Part shown: in pieces, positions 10,205-19,939 of the stretch
How positions within the stretch are numbered: the first letter of the stretch is position 1
Layout of the letters: each line of letters starts with the position of its first letter
Assembly (NCBI GenBank): GCA_034530875.2
Contig: JAVRCJ020000014.1
Span: forward strand, 32,001 to 96,000
Direction: 5' to 3'
DNA length: 64,000 bases
Origin: Nostoc sp. DedSLP01
Lineage (GTDB): Bacteria; Cyanobacteriota; Cyanobacteriia; Cyanobacteriales; Nostocaceae
Made by a program: the position numbers and the translations under genes
Notes under the pieces: model-generated
What the model saw: the letters and a program-made list of their open reading frames with translations, nothing else
The model's database searches: none
Told to the model about the DNA's origin: nothing

Positions 10205-11218
10205 ATGGAAGTTATTTTTAAGGTGATTCGACAGCAACACAATTCCTCCCCTGTTGTACAAACCTATATTGTGGAGGCTCAACCAGGTAATACAATCTTG
10301 GATTGTCTCAATCAAATTAAGTGGGAGCAAGATGGAACTTTAGCATTTCGCAAAAATTGTCGCAATACCATTTGTGGCAGTTGTGCTATGCGAATTAATG
10401 GACGTTCGGCTTTAGCTTGTAAGGAAAATGTTGGCAGCGAACTCGCCAGATTACAACAAATACCATCATCCGAAAGCAAAGTAAATGCCGTTGCTGAAAT
10501 CACGATCGCCCCTCTCGGCAATATGCCCGTGATTAAAGATTTGGTTGTAGATATGAACAGTTTCTGGAACAATCTAGAAGCAGTTGCTCCTTATGTAAGT
10601 ACGGCAGCACGACAAGTACCAGAAAGAGAGTTTTTACAAACACCCGAAGAGCGATCGCGCCTCGATAAAACTGGCAACTGTATTATGTGCGGTGCTTGTT
10701 ACTCTGAGTGCAATGCCCGCGAAATTAATCCAGATTTTGTCGGGCCTCATGCCCTTGCCAAAGCTTACCGCATGGTAGCAGACTCACGAGATAGCGACAC
10801 CAAAAATCGTTTAGCAAATTACAACGAAGGTACTAAAGGCGTGTGGGGTTGTACCCGTTGTTTGTACTGCGATAGTGTTTGCCCAATGGAAGTTGCACCG
10901 CTAGAACAAATCACCAAAATTAAACAAGAAATTCTCACTGAAAAACAAGCTACTGAGAGTCGATCAATTCGCCACCGCAGAGTATTAATCGATTTAGTGA
11001 AACAAGGTGGTTGGATTGACGAACGTCAATTTGGTTTACAAGTAGTCGGTAATTATTTTCGCGACCTCAGAGGACTACTCAGCCTCGCACCTTTAGGATT
11101 GCGGATGTTAGTCCGAGGAAAATTTCCCTTATCATTTGAAGCTTCCCAAGGGACAGAACAAGTGCGATCGCTCATTGAATCTGTGCAGCAAGAAGAGGGA
11201 GTGGGGAGTAGGGAGTAG
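10205..11218 (+). CDS. sdhB: Succinate dehydrogenase/fumarate reductase iron-sulfur subunit
   Basis: CRNTICGSC, CIMCGACYSEC and CTRCLYCDSVCP Fe-S motifs; start placed at MEVIFK. Confidence 0.93.
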   Translation: MEVIFKVIRQQHNSSPVVQTYIVEAQPGNTILDCLNQIKWEQDGTLAFRKNCRNTICGSCAMRINGRSALACKENVGSELARLQQIPSSESKVNAVAEITIAPLGNMPVIKDLVVDMNSFWNNLEAVAPYVSTAARQVPEREFLQTPEERSRLDKTGNCIMCGACYSECNAREINPDFVGPHALAKAYRMVADSRDSDTKNRLANYNEGTKGVWGCTRCLYCDSVCPMEVAPLEQITKIKQEILTEKQATESRSIRHRRVLIDLVKQGGWIDERQFGLQVVGNYFRDLRGLLSLAPLGLRMLVRGKFPLSFEASQGTEQVRSLIESVQQEEGVGSRE

Positions 11219-11312
11219 GGAATGGGACGGTGAGGCAGGGGAAGCAAGGGGACAATAACTCTTAACTCAGCAGTTTCCCAGTCCCCAATCCCCAGTCACC
11301 AGTCCCCATCCC
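11200..11312. repeat. STRR-type heptamer repeat cassette (GGGAGTA / CCCCAGT)
   Basis: Tandem gggagta and cccagt/ccccaat units between convergent genes. Confidence 0.8.
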
Positions 11313-11836
11313 TAACGCGGTTCTTGGGGTACATTCAACGGTCGTCCATAACGGTCGTATACTAAAACATCCCACTGCCCGTTATTACTGGACTCAAAAG
11401 CAATGCGATTGCCATCAGCGCTAATTGTGGGGTTGCGGACTTCAGCTTGTAGGTTAGAAGTTAAATTCCTTGATTGGCGCGTTTCTCGGTCGTAAAGAAA
11501 AATAGCCGATCGCCCTTGGCGGCTAGCCGCAAACACAATAAAACGACCATCTTGGGAAACGCTAGGATGATTGGCGATCGCATCAAACGAATTTAAACCC
11601 GGTAAATCAACCAAATCGCGAGTTAGGGTATCAAACATATAAACATCTTGGCTACCTCGTCGGTCAGTCACAAAAACAATGTATCTCCCAGAAATTTGGG
11701 GTTCTACTTCCGAAGCGAAACTATTAAGACCCCGCCCCCCCGGATCGAAGGGATAACTCAAAATTCGAGGGTAGCCAAAACACCCACTCAATAAACTTAA
11801 GAATATAAATACAGGAATAAAAAAGATACGTTTCAT
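11312..11836 (-). CDS. TolB-like (PD40 beta-propeller) lipoprotein
   Basis: Lipobox LLSGC; PSVSQDGRFIVF and PTISADGNRIAF repeats. Confidence 0.85.
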   Translation of the reverse strand: MKRIFFIPVFIFLSLLSGCFGYPRILSYPFDPGGRGLNSFASEVEPQISGRYIVFVTDRRGSQDVYMFDTLTRDLVDLPGLNSFDAIANHPSVSQDGRFIVFAASRQGRSAIFLYDRETRQSRNLTSNLQAEVRNPTISADGNRIAFESSNNGQWDVLVYDRYGRPLNVPQEPR

Positions 11837-12513
11837 AATAGGGCTGGTGATTGGGTACTGGGGATTGGCGACTGGGAATATTGACTATTGACTGCTGAGT
11901 TAAGAGTTATTCTCCCTCTGCCTCCCCTGCTTCCCCAGCCCCTCTGCCCCACCCCCGAGGGAGGCGTTACAGTTGCACCATTAGGAATATCTAACTCTAC
12001 ATTTGGCCCCCGGTCTAGGACTTCAACATCCCATTGACCGCGGCTGGCGCTTTCAAAGACAACATAACGTCCATCTGGGCTAATATTGGGCTTTCTGACC
12101 CAACCGCGATAGATTGGGGTGAGGATTTGCAACTGTTGAACGGCGCGATCGTAAAGTGCTACTACTGGCCTACCTTGGTCGCTAGTAATATAAGCAATGT
12201 AACGCCCGGTGTAGCTCAAGCTAGGACTTTCCGCAATGGTTTCCTGTCGGTTTATACCTGGTGTGGAAATAAACATCTGTCTTTCCAAATCGTACACCAG
12301 TAGCTGCTGATTGCCATTGCGATTTGATACAAATGCTAAAAGACGCCCATTTCCACTCAAAGCAGGTTGCTCCTCAGTGTAGCGACTGTTGAGAGAAGTA
12401 GGCCCTATGGGAATATCGTTAGAACCACAAGATACAAGCAAACTTGTAAAACCAAAAACCAGGCTCCAATGAATTGGTCTTTGGAGCCAGAATCTAGGCG
12501 TAAATTTTTTCAC
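11833..12513 (-). CDS. TolB-like (PD40) lipoprotein with a repeat-derived C-terminal tail
   Basis: Lipobox LVSC; PALSGNGRLLAF and PNISPDGRYVVF. Confidence 0.85.
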   Translation of the reverse strand: MKKFTPRFWLQRPIHWSLVFGFTSLLVSCGSNDIPIGPTSLNSRYTEEQPALSGNGRLLAFVSNRNGNQQLLVYDLERQMFISTPGINRQETIAESPSLSYTGRYIAYITSDQGRPVVALYDRAVQQLQILTPIYRGWVRKPNISPDGRYVVFESASRGQWDVEVLDRGPNVELDIPNGATVTPPSGVGQRGWGSRGGRGRITLNSAVNSQYSQSPIPSTQSPALL

Positions 12514-12570
12514 CTCAAGTTTTTTCCGTTGCCTTTAAACCTATCTCTACACCAGCTGTTTTAACAATAA

Positions 12571-12893
12571 AGAATTCAGGAGTCAGGAGTCAGAATTCAG
12601 AATTTTTATCTGTGCGACACTTCATTGAGCTTCAGTGCATCGCTGGCGGATAGCGAAGCGTAAAGCCTTCTCTACGAGAGGCTTTGCCAACGGCATGGCT
12701 TCGCTTAGAGCGAGTCCTGTCTGCGACACGCTACGCGAACGAGCGTCTGAATAAACTCTTTTTAGTTCCCCACCAAATCATAGATTTGGTGGTGCTTCTA
12801 GGTGGTGGGTCTAAATCTCCCACTGATAGCGAAGCGTTAGCGAGTCCGCGAGCGTCTTGCATTCTGAATTCTGAATTCTGAATTCTGAGTTCT
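12571..12893. repeat. Nested small-dispersed-repeat composite with GAATTCT/GGAGTCA heptamer flanks
   Basis: 12648-12716 is the reverse complement of parts of 19580-19700; 12826-12857 matches 21674-21703 and 44323-44353 in reverse. Confidence 0.8.
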
Positions 12894-12896
12894 GTT

Positions 12897-13814
12897 TTAA
12901 ACATCGTCATCAAAATCCGTTGAATTATCTGGCCCCTCACTAGGCTTTTCAATTGGATTATACGGTACATATTCAGTTGGGATCGCATCATCATCTTCGC
13001 GGGGTCTGCGAGGAGCCGAGTCACTGGCTGGACGACGCCTTCTTGGTCTAGGAGCAACATCATCTTCCCGGTTTTCTGGTCGCCCAGACCCGTTATTACC
13101 GCGACGAGACGGTTTTCTAACTTCTCCACCCGAACTGTCCCAATCATCAACTTCCCTAGATGAAGAACCCCAATTTTCATCTTCAAAACTTTCAGAAGGA
13201 CGGTTTACGGGACGCCCAGAACTACGGCGTCGCGTTCTATCGCTTGAACTTTGCCTTTCATTAGTACTGCTGTTGCGCCGTTCTGAACGACGGGGGGGTT
13301 GATCCTCGTAATAGTCATCACGAGTTGAATTTTCATCCCTGCTACCGGGAATCCGGCGACGGACGCGGCGTTCTTCCTCGTCGTCATAAGGCAGCGGCTC
13401 CAAGTCTGCAATCTCAGCTCGATAATCCTTGCGATTGCGTCTGTACTCATAATTTCCGCTGACCTCTCGCTCATCATCCACAATCGGAGTGTTGCGTTTA
13501 GCTTGCTGGGTGGCTATACTTCGTAGTCGAATACTTTCAACTGCAAAAAATACAGTAGTGCCGACTAAGAGTAATTGACCAAATTGGAGAATCGGGTCTA
13601 GTCGCCATCCTTGGAAGATGAGAATGAAGCCGCACAACAACCCGACTGCTGCAAAAAAGATATCTTGATCTCGTGACAGTTCGGGGCGTACAGTGCGGAG
13701 AAAATACAGTGCTGCCCCAGCCACAGCCAGGAAAATTCCTAGAATACTGGCTGAGTTCGCCCCAAAATTTACCTGAGCCAGAACACTGGCTGAGTTCAGC
13801 CCAAAATTTATCAT
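12897..13814 (-). CDS. ycf66: Ycf66 family protein
   Basis: LYFLRTVRPELSRDQDIFFAAVGLLCGFILIFQGWRLDPILQFGQ plus a charged disordered tail. Confidence 0.9.
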   Translation of the reverse strand: MINFGLNSASVLAQVNFGANSASILGIFLAVAGAALYFLRTVRPELSRDQDIFFAAVGLLCGFILIFQGWRLDPILQFGQLLLVGTTVFFAVESIRLRSIATQQAKRNTPIVDDEREVSGNYEYRRNRKDYRAEIADLEPLPYDDEEERRVRRRIPGSRDENSTRDDYYEDQPPRRSERRNSSTNERQSSSDRTRRRSSGRPVNRPSESFEDENWGSSSREVDDWDSSGGEVRKPSRRGNNGSGRPENREDDVAPRPRRRRPASDSAPRRPREDDDAIPTEYVPYNPIEKPSEGPDNSTDFDDDV

Positions 13815-14063
13815 TGCTGTTTTCCCAATATCAAATCTATGTTAGCGAGTCACAATTAAAATCACTACTCTAATTAGTCATCATAATATTGAAGCTTCAA
13901 AGCCTCTAGCAAAGAAGCTCTGAAGCTGTTCGCCCAAAAGTAAAAAAATGTTTTTCTCAGCTATAAGTGCGCCTAGAGCAAAAACTGCTGTTTTTGGTGC
14001 AATTATTTAAGTAGATAGCTGAGAAAAAACTGCTTGTGAGAGTCGATTAGACAGTCGAAAGCA

Positions 14064-14183
14064 TTATGAACGTTGAATTTTATCTTTTTGGCTAATGAAA
14101 ATCAGAGCGCCTGTAACGGGGACTACAACAATTACAGCACCCCAAAAGAGACTCCAAAGAAAATTTGCTAAAGCGGGCGTCAT
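14064..14183 (-). CDS. psbX: Photosystem II protein X
   Basis: Manual translation [39 protein letters not shown] (39 aa, below the ORF-track cutoff); lies next to ycf66. Confidence 0.93.
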   Translation of the reverse strand: MTPALANFLWSLFWGAVIVVVPVTGALIFISQKDKIQRS

Positions 14184-14445
14184 ACTTCTCAACCTTTTTT
14201 TACACACTTCATCACTAATTTTAATGGTGTAGTACTTTCTTGAGAAGCCTCTAGACAGGAACTGTCAAACTTGATAATTGCTATTTCTCAAGTAATGCTT
14301 AGTAAATTCAGTGCTGACTTCCTCTCTATTGAAATAAAATTGTAATGAGAGTGCTTTACAAAGCTTCAAATTTGCTGGCGTTAGCGAAGCGCGGCTTGCC
14401 GTTCACCCAAGTGTTTTGTTTATTCACAAATAGCTGCTTAAACCG

Positions 14446-14739
14446 ATGACTGCTGTTGACCTGAGTACTTGGATTCTTGGCCCAGTGTTAGGGCTAATGA
14501 CATTTTTATTTATATTTCGGATTATTCTCACTTGGTATCCCCAAGTAAATCTGAATCGTTTGCCCTTTAATTTAATAGCTTGGCCCACCGAACCATTTTT
14601 AATTCCTCTACGAAAACTCGTACCACCCATCGGCGGAGTAGACATTACCCCCATTATTTGGGTTGGTATTTTTAGCCTGCTACGAGAAATTCTCTTAGGC
14701 CAGCAAGGATTATTAACTATGCTGGCTCATGTGAGTTAA
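14446..14739 (+). CDS. YggT/Ycf19 family membrane protein
   Basis: RIILTWYPQ...PTEPFLIPLRKLVPPIGGVDITPI. Confidence 0.9.
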   Translation: MTAVDLSTWILGPVLGLMTFLFIFRIILTWYPQVNLNRLPFNLIAWPTEPFLIPLRKLVPPIGGVDITPIIWVGIFSLLREILLGQQGLLTMLAHVS

Positions 14740-14741
14740 GA

Positions 14742-14880
14742 ATTGGGCATTGGGCATTGGGCATTGGGCATTGGGCAAGGGGAAAGGGGAAAGATTAAGT
14801 TTATCCCTTTTCCCTTTTCCCTTTAACCTTTTCCCCTACCCCCTGCCCCTCCCCCCATCTCCCCAGTCCCCAATCCCCTA
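14742..14880. repeat. STRR heptamer repeats (TTGGGCA, TTCCCCT, CCCCAGT)
   Basis: Tandem ttgggca units followed by purine/pyrimidine inverted blocks. Confidence 0.8.
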
Positions 14881-16221
14881 CCCGTTCATCTCCTGCACAA
14901 AATTTGTATACACATTACCTTGCAAAAATTGTGGAGTTTCCATAATTTTTTGATGAAAGCCGATGGTGGTGGGTAATCCGGTAATCGCACATTCACGTAG
15001 TGCGCGTTTCATGCGGTTAATAGCAGTAGGACGATCTGCTCCCCAAACAATTAACTTGCCAATCAAGGAATCGTAATAAGGGGGAATTTGGTAATCTGTG
15101 TAGACGTGGGAATCAATGCGAACGCCGGGGCCTCCAGGGGGGAGATAGCCGCTGATGCGTCCTGGAGATGGGCGAAAATCGCGATCGGGGTCTTCAGCAT
15201 TAATCCGGCATTCGATCGCATGACCGCGCAGAACTACTTGGTCTTGAGTAAGCTTCAGTCTTTCACCTTGGGCAATCCGGATTTGTTCGGCAACTAAGTC
15301 TACTCCCGTAATCATCTCTGTTACAGGATGTTCTACTTGAATCCGGGTGTTCATTTCCATAAAGTAAAATTTACCGGATCTATCCAAGAGAAACTCGATC
15401 GTCCCTGCCCCACTGTAGTTAATAAATTGGGCAGCTTTAACAGCAGCTTGTCCCATTTTCTCGCGCAAGTCTGAGTCCAGAGCCGGACTTGGAGCTTCTT
15501 CGAGTAGCTTTTGATTTCGGCGCTGAATCGAACAATCTCTTTCGCCTAAGTGGATGACATTGCCGTAATTATCTGCCAAAACTTGAAATTCAATGTGGCG
15601 AGGACGTTCAATAAATTTTTCTATGTAAACGCCAGAATTACCAAAAGCTGCTCCTGCTTCCCCTTGGGCTGCTAAGAAAAGTTTGACAAATTCCTCTTCA
15701 GAACGTACCAAGCGCATACCCCGGCCACCGCCACCTGCTGTAGCTTTAATCATCACTGGATAGCCGATATCCTTAGCAAACTGTAATCCTTCCTGCTCGG
15801 ATTCTACCAACCCATTACTACCGGGTACTGTTGGGACTCCAGCCTTTTGCATAGTTTCTTTGGCAGTGGATTTATCCCCCATAAGCCTGATAGCTTCCGG
15901 AGTCGGGCCGATAAAGGCAATGTCATGAGCAGTACAGATTTCTGCAAATTTGGCATTTTCTGCTAAAAAACCATAACCTGGATGAATAGCAGTGGCATTG
16001 CGGGTCAATGCAGCAGCGATGATATTGGGAATATTCAAATAACTTTTACTGCTAGGAGGTTCGCCAATGCAAACCGCTTCATCAGCAAGTTGAACGTGGA
16101 GAGCATTACGGTCAACACTGGAGTGAACCGCAACTGTGGCAATTCCCATTTCTTCACAGGCGCGGAGAATGCGAAGGGCAATTTCTCCTCGATTGGCAAT
16201 TAATATTTTGTCAAACTTCAT
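14878..16221 (-). CDS. accC: Acetyl-CoA carboxylase biotin carboxylase
   Basis: [38 protein letters not shown]. Confidence 0.97.
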   Translation of the reverse strand: MKFDKILIANRGEIALRILRACEEMGIATVAVHSSVDRNALHVQLADEAVCIGEPPSSKSYLNIPNIIAAALTRNATAIHPGYGFLAENAKFAEICTAHDIAFIGPTPEAIRLMGDKSTAKETMQKAGVPTVPGSNGLVESEQEGLQFAKDIGYPVMIKATAGGGGRGMRLVRSEEEFVKLFLAAQGEAGAAFGNSGVYIEKFIERPRHIEFQVLADNYGNVIHLGERDCSIQRRNQKLLEEAPSPALDSDLREKMGQAAVKAAQFINYSGAGTIEFLLDRSGKFYFMEMNTRIQVEHPVTEMITGVDLVAEQIRIAQGERLKLTQDQVVLRGHAIECRINAEDPDRDFRPSPGRISGYLPPGGPGVRIDSHVYTDYQIPPYYDSLIGKLIVWGADRPTAINRMKRALRECAITGLPTTIGFHQKIMETPQFLQGNVYTNFVQEMNG

Positions 16222-16657
16222 TTTGGAGTTTCGATATTAGTAACAGTAGATTGACATTTTCTCCTATCTAAGGTGCAACAACGCTTTGGCGTTATTTCAA
16301 ATTATGACAGGAGATTCCCAACCTTCATCTTCACCAAAGTCAAGAATTGGGCTTGCTGCCTCTAGGGGGCTTAACTAGATTAACAACATTGCTGTTGCCA
16401 ATCTTGATAGTTTCCCGAATTAGTTTTTAGCTTGAAAGGCATCACCCTTTCAACGACAGCTTTTGTCCCTCATTGTGCCTCTTACAGTAGCTCTAACCCT
16501 TTTAATATCACTTGTGTACCTGCTACATTTCTGTCAGCCTGATACCGCCTTGAGGAAATTTATAAAACCGTACACCGAAATTTTTCCCAACTGGAACTGA
16601 GAACTCACCTTACTATAATTATTTTCTTATGCTATAGTCTATATTTAGAGAACCTGC

Positions 16658-16738
16658 GCGGATGTGGCGGAATTGGTATACGCGCACGCTTGAGGTGCGT
16701 GTGGCTTTGCCTTGCGAGTTCGAGTCTCGCCATCCGCA
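16658..16738 (+). tRNA. trnL: tRNA-Leu(GAG)
   Basis: GCGGATG...CATCCGC acceptor stem, anticodon arm CACGC-TTGAGGT-GCGTG, long variable arm, GTTCGAG T loop. Confidence 0.95.
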
Positions 16739-16999
16739 TTTTTTGCATATTAGCCAAGGGTCAATAGTCAAAGGGTCGAACACCTGAGACTGTTGACCCT
16801 TTAAGCTAGGTGGGCAAACAGCGTATGGAGGAGACAAGGGGAAAAGGTTAAACGGAAAAGGGAAAAGGAATAAATTTAATCTTTCCCCTTTTCCCCTTAA
16901 CCCTTTCCCTTTCCCCATACCCTGTTTGCCCAATGACTAATGACTAAGCCTATGGTTTTTTATGCTTTTATAGAGATAGGTGAAGTTTTGTAAAAAACA

Positions 17000-17629
17000 T
17001 TGACTATTAGTTTTCAGCCAACAAACAACTTAACACTGCCAGCGGCTTGGCATCGCCTGACTCCAATTTGGCAAGGAGGGGAGGAAGTAATTCAAAAAAG
17101 TTTGCCTCACACTCAGCTAGCACCGGCTTGGCAATTGCTACTTTTAGGGGACGGTTCGCCAACACGTCACTTAGAGTTGCTCACAGGTGAGCCAACAGAA
17201 GTAGATGTCATTGATATGTCATTAATTGGTATGGATTTGGATAATGCCCCTGAGTTAATCCAAGCTGTGCCAGGGCCGCGACTACGGCGACAAGTGTGGC
17301 TGCGTACTCCTTCTGGCCAGCGATTAGCATACGCGACTTCGTGGTGGGAAGCCAGCCATGTAGATGAGTATTTGCAAAATCGCTCATTACCAATTTGGGC
17401 TAGTTTAGCTCGTCTCCGCACAGAGTTGTATCGCGATGTACGAGGAATTTATTACGGTTACTCTTCGGCGCTAGAGTCAGGTTTTAATGTAAACGGGCCT
17501 TTTTGGGGTCGCCATTACTTATTTTGGCATCATGGACAGCCACTTACCTTGATTTATGAAGTGTTTTCGCCTTATTTAACCAAATATTTGGGGCCTATGC
17601 AGCTTAGTCCTGTGAATACTCAAGCATAG
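17000..17629 (+). CDS. Chorismate pyruvate-lyase-like protein (DUF98/UbiC-like)
   Basis: LLLGDGSPTRHL, RRQVWL, LAYATSWW, GRHYLF, IYEVF. Confidence 0.85.
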   Translation: MTISFQPTNNLTLPAAWHRLTPIWQGGEEVIQKSLPHTQLAPAWQLLLLGDGSPTRHLELLTGEPTEVDVIDMSLIGMDLDNAPELIQAVPGPRLRRQVWLRTPSGQRLAYATSWWEASHVDEYLQNRSLPIWASLARLRTELYRDVRGIYYGYSSALESGFNVNGPFWGRHYLFWHHGQPLTLIYEVFSPYLTKYLGPMQLSPVNTQA

Positions 17630-17643
17630 TTCTGACCTCTAGC

Positions 17644-19008
17644 TTATGTTTGGTCTACAGTTTGAATTGTCAGCATTTGAGGGGGCGTAGCATCAGGTGG
17701 GTAGAGAAAATCCACTTCTACCAGTCGCCGCTGGCTAGGAGCTATTTTTAATTGAGCAAGGGGTTCTCCCATCTGTCCCCGTTGTTGAACTAAATGCCAG
17801 TATTGGGTTCTGGGTAAACCATTATCGTCATTGTAGCGAATACGAACTGTGCCTCGGAAAAAGACGGATGGTTCGGGTGGTGAAAAAAAGCGAAGCCCTG
17901 GTTTACTTAACTCATCTTCTTTAATAGGTGTTTGAAAAAGCACATTTATAGTTTGCGGCTTACTCGTATTGTTGAATAATGGTAGAGAGATGTTGTATTC
18001 AATTCCGTAGTTGCCGTGAGCTTCGTAAGCAGTACCAGGATAACGCGCTACGAGTTTAGCAGTTTGGTTTTGTCCAGTACCCATTTTGCCTGCCAAAAGA
18101 GTACTTAAACCGTAGGAAAAAGCTTGTCCTGATTCGGGAATTGTCAGGTATGAACTATTAGAGTCGGTAACTTGTACTTGCCAACGAGAGCCAATAGCTA
18201 CCCCCGCTACCCGTCCGTAAATTTCTGTTGCCCCTTCAAGGTGATTTGGAGGACTCGGGGCAGGTTCACGCGGCCCAGCAAAATCAGCATTTTCTAACAA
18301 GTTTTCCCATTCTTCTAAAGTGGGTGCTCGTTCGCTACTATCGGGATTGGGTTTGGCAAACATGGCCAGGTTCGCCAGATAAACTGGACGATCGCTATAC
18401 AAATGCAACAAAGTAGAACGTCCATTCAATGGCGGGGTTAAAGGACGCACTGGAATTGGATGATTCATTAACATCCGGCTTTGTTTTGGTGGAATTACCA
18501 ACTGAGCTGGCCATCCTGACTGCCGTCTGCCTCGCAGCAGATCGTTCATCACGCGATCGCCTGGCCCAGCATAAATGTTTCCCGAATTATTTGACTGCAT
18601 CGGGGGAAGCTTGATAAAAGGTGCATCAGGTTGACTAACATAACTAGCTGCTTGCAAGATGTTGACAGTTGCAGGGCGATCGCTTGGATTGTAAACAATC
18701 ACCCCTAAATAAAGAGTCCGTAAATCATTTGGAGTCTCGATCGCTCTAGCAATATGGTGAGAAAATAAATCAAACCTGCCCTGAAATGGAAAGTTCAGGT
18801 GTGCGCTGGGAACTCTTTTGCCTTGAGGAGGAAATGTAGACAGCAGAATTCCTTCACTCTGAACTACTTCTGGGTTATTACTGTTAAATACTGGTACTGC
18901 ATCAAGATGTCCTGTTAAAGGTCTTGTTTGTTGCGGAATCAAGATTTCCTGTGGTGCGGTAGAAGGTGATGCTTGAGCCAAAAACAAATAGGAAATAAAA
19001 TTAAGCAT
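17644..19008 (-). CDS. DUF3370 family protein
   Basis: VPVFNSNNPE, HGNYGIEY, YPPDATPPQ. Confidence 0.8.
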   Translation of the reverse strand: MLNFISYLFLAQASPSTAPQEILIPQQTRPLTGHLDAVPVFNSNNPEVVQSEGILLSTFPPQGKRVPSAHLNFPFQGRFDLFSHHIARAIETPNDLRTLYLGVIVYNPSDRPATVNILQAASYVSQPDAPFIKLPPMQSNNSGNIYAGPGDRVMNDLLRGRRQSGWPAQLVIPPKQSRMLMNHPIPVRPLTPPLNGRSTLLHLYSDRPVYLANLAMFAKPNPDSSERAPTLEEWENLLENADFAGPREPAPSPPNHLEGATEIYGRVAGVAIGSRWQVQVTDSNSSYLTIPESGQAFSYGLSTLLAGKMGTGQNQTAKLVARYPGTAYEAHGNYGIEYNISLPLFNNTSKPQTINVLFQTPIKEDELSKPGLRFFSPPEPSVFFRGTVRIRYNDDNGLPRTQYWHLVQQRGQMGEPLAQLKIAPSQRRLVEVDFLYPPDATPPQMLTIQTVDQT

Positions 19009-19575
19009 TTATGCAAAAAGCAATTTATCGCTGAAGTGATGGAAGAAGGCTAAGCTCAAAAGCGTGATTCAAGTTTAATTATTTAATTTTTGATTTAAAA
19101 AATTAGCAGTTGGTTCTCAGCAAAAATAACAATTATTTTGGCTCAAAATTATACAACTTAACGAAAATTATAATTCAATAACATATATTGAGTTGTGGGA
19201 TTGGCGACCCATAGAAAATCATAAATACTGAATTTTTGTCAGTAAAATAAAGTCAATTTAACAGATAGTATTTATGTAAATACAAGGAAGTGTAGGTTGC
19301 TGATGACTTGTAGCTTTGTCAACTTAGCTATATCCTCAAAGTGCTTGAAATAACGAATTTAACTATCGAAAAGTTTTCCCAGATGCATCCGTTCAAAGGA
19401 AGTGTCCTGCGAAATTCAATAAAGCATGTTAAAAAAGGTAACTAAACACAAAAACACTGCTTTTCAAAGACTAAGAAAATTGGTTATGGAATTATCGAAA
19501 CAATCGGGTCTAAAACCGTACTTCGTCCAAAGTTTTTGGAACGGGGTATAAATCCTCGTTACAAAAACGACCTCC

Positions 19576-19720
19576 TGCCGACGCTCGCGGACTCGCTCTA
19601 AGCGTACCCCTACGGGGAAGCAAGCTACGCGTAGCGTCTCGTAGAGAAGCCATGCCGTTGGCAAAGCCTCTCGTAGAGAAGGCTTTACGCTGCGCTATCC
19701 TGCCCCCTGCCTCCTGCCTT
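19576..19720. repeat. Nested small-dispersed-repeat composite inside CCTCCTG heptamers
   Basis: GACGCTCGCGGACTCGCT...GCCATGCCGTTGGCAAAGCCTCTCGTAGAGAAGGCTTTACGC is shared with the 12.6-12.9 kb cluster. Confidence 0.8.
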
Positions 19721-19939
19721 CGTTAACATCAATGTCTAGGGTGGAAAAGTTTATATACTTAGCTGCCCTATATTAAGAAAAAACTTTTTGGTTGACCGTG
19801 CCGATTTTAGATTATTTTGGTTCAGACCCTGCCACTAATGTGCGGAACAAATCCAAAATCCCAAATTTAAAATCCAAAATTGATAGACTGAACCAATCGA
19901 GTAAGTAATGAGTTTGCAAGTATGAGGTATTAGGTTTCA

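Noticed and set aside
12684..12881. ORFs beginning MPTAWL (also 19464-19664)
   Set aside because: Translations of the shared dispersed repeat, not genes
14750..14953. Low-complexity ORFs (also 16619-16933, 52366-52551, 59144-59338)
   Set aside because: Made of STRR or hairpin repeats, or antisense to the tRNA
16658..17000. tRNA-Leu as an integration site
   Set aside because: No integrase and no duplicated tRNA 3' end seen; the flanks are housekeeping genes
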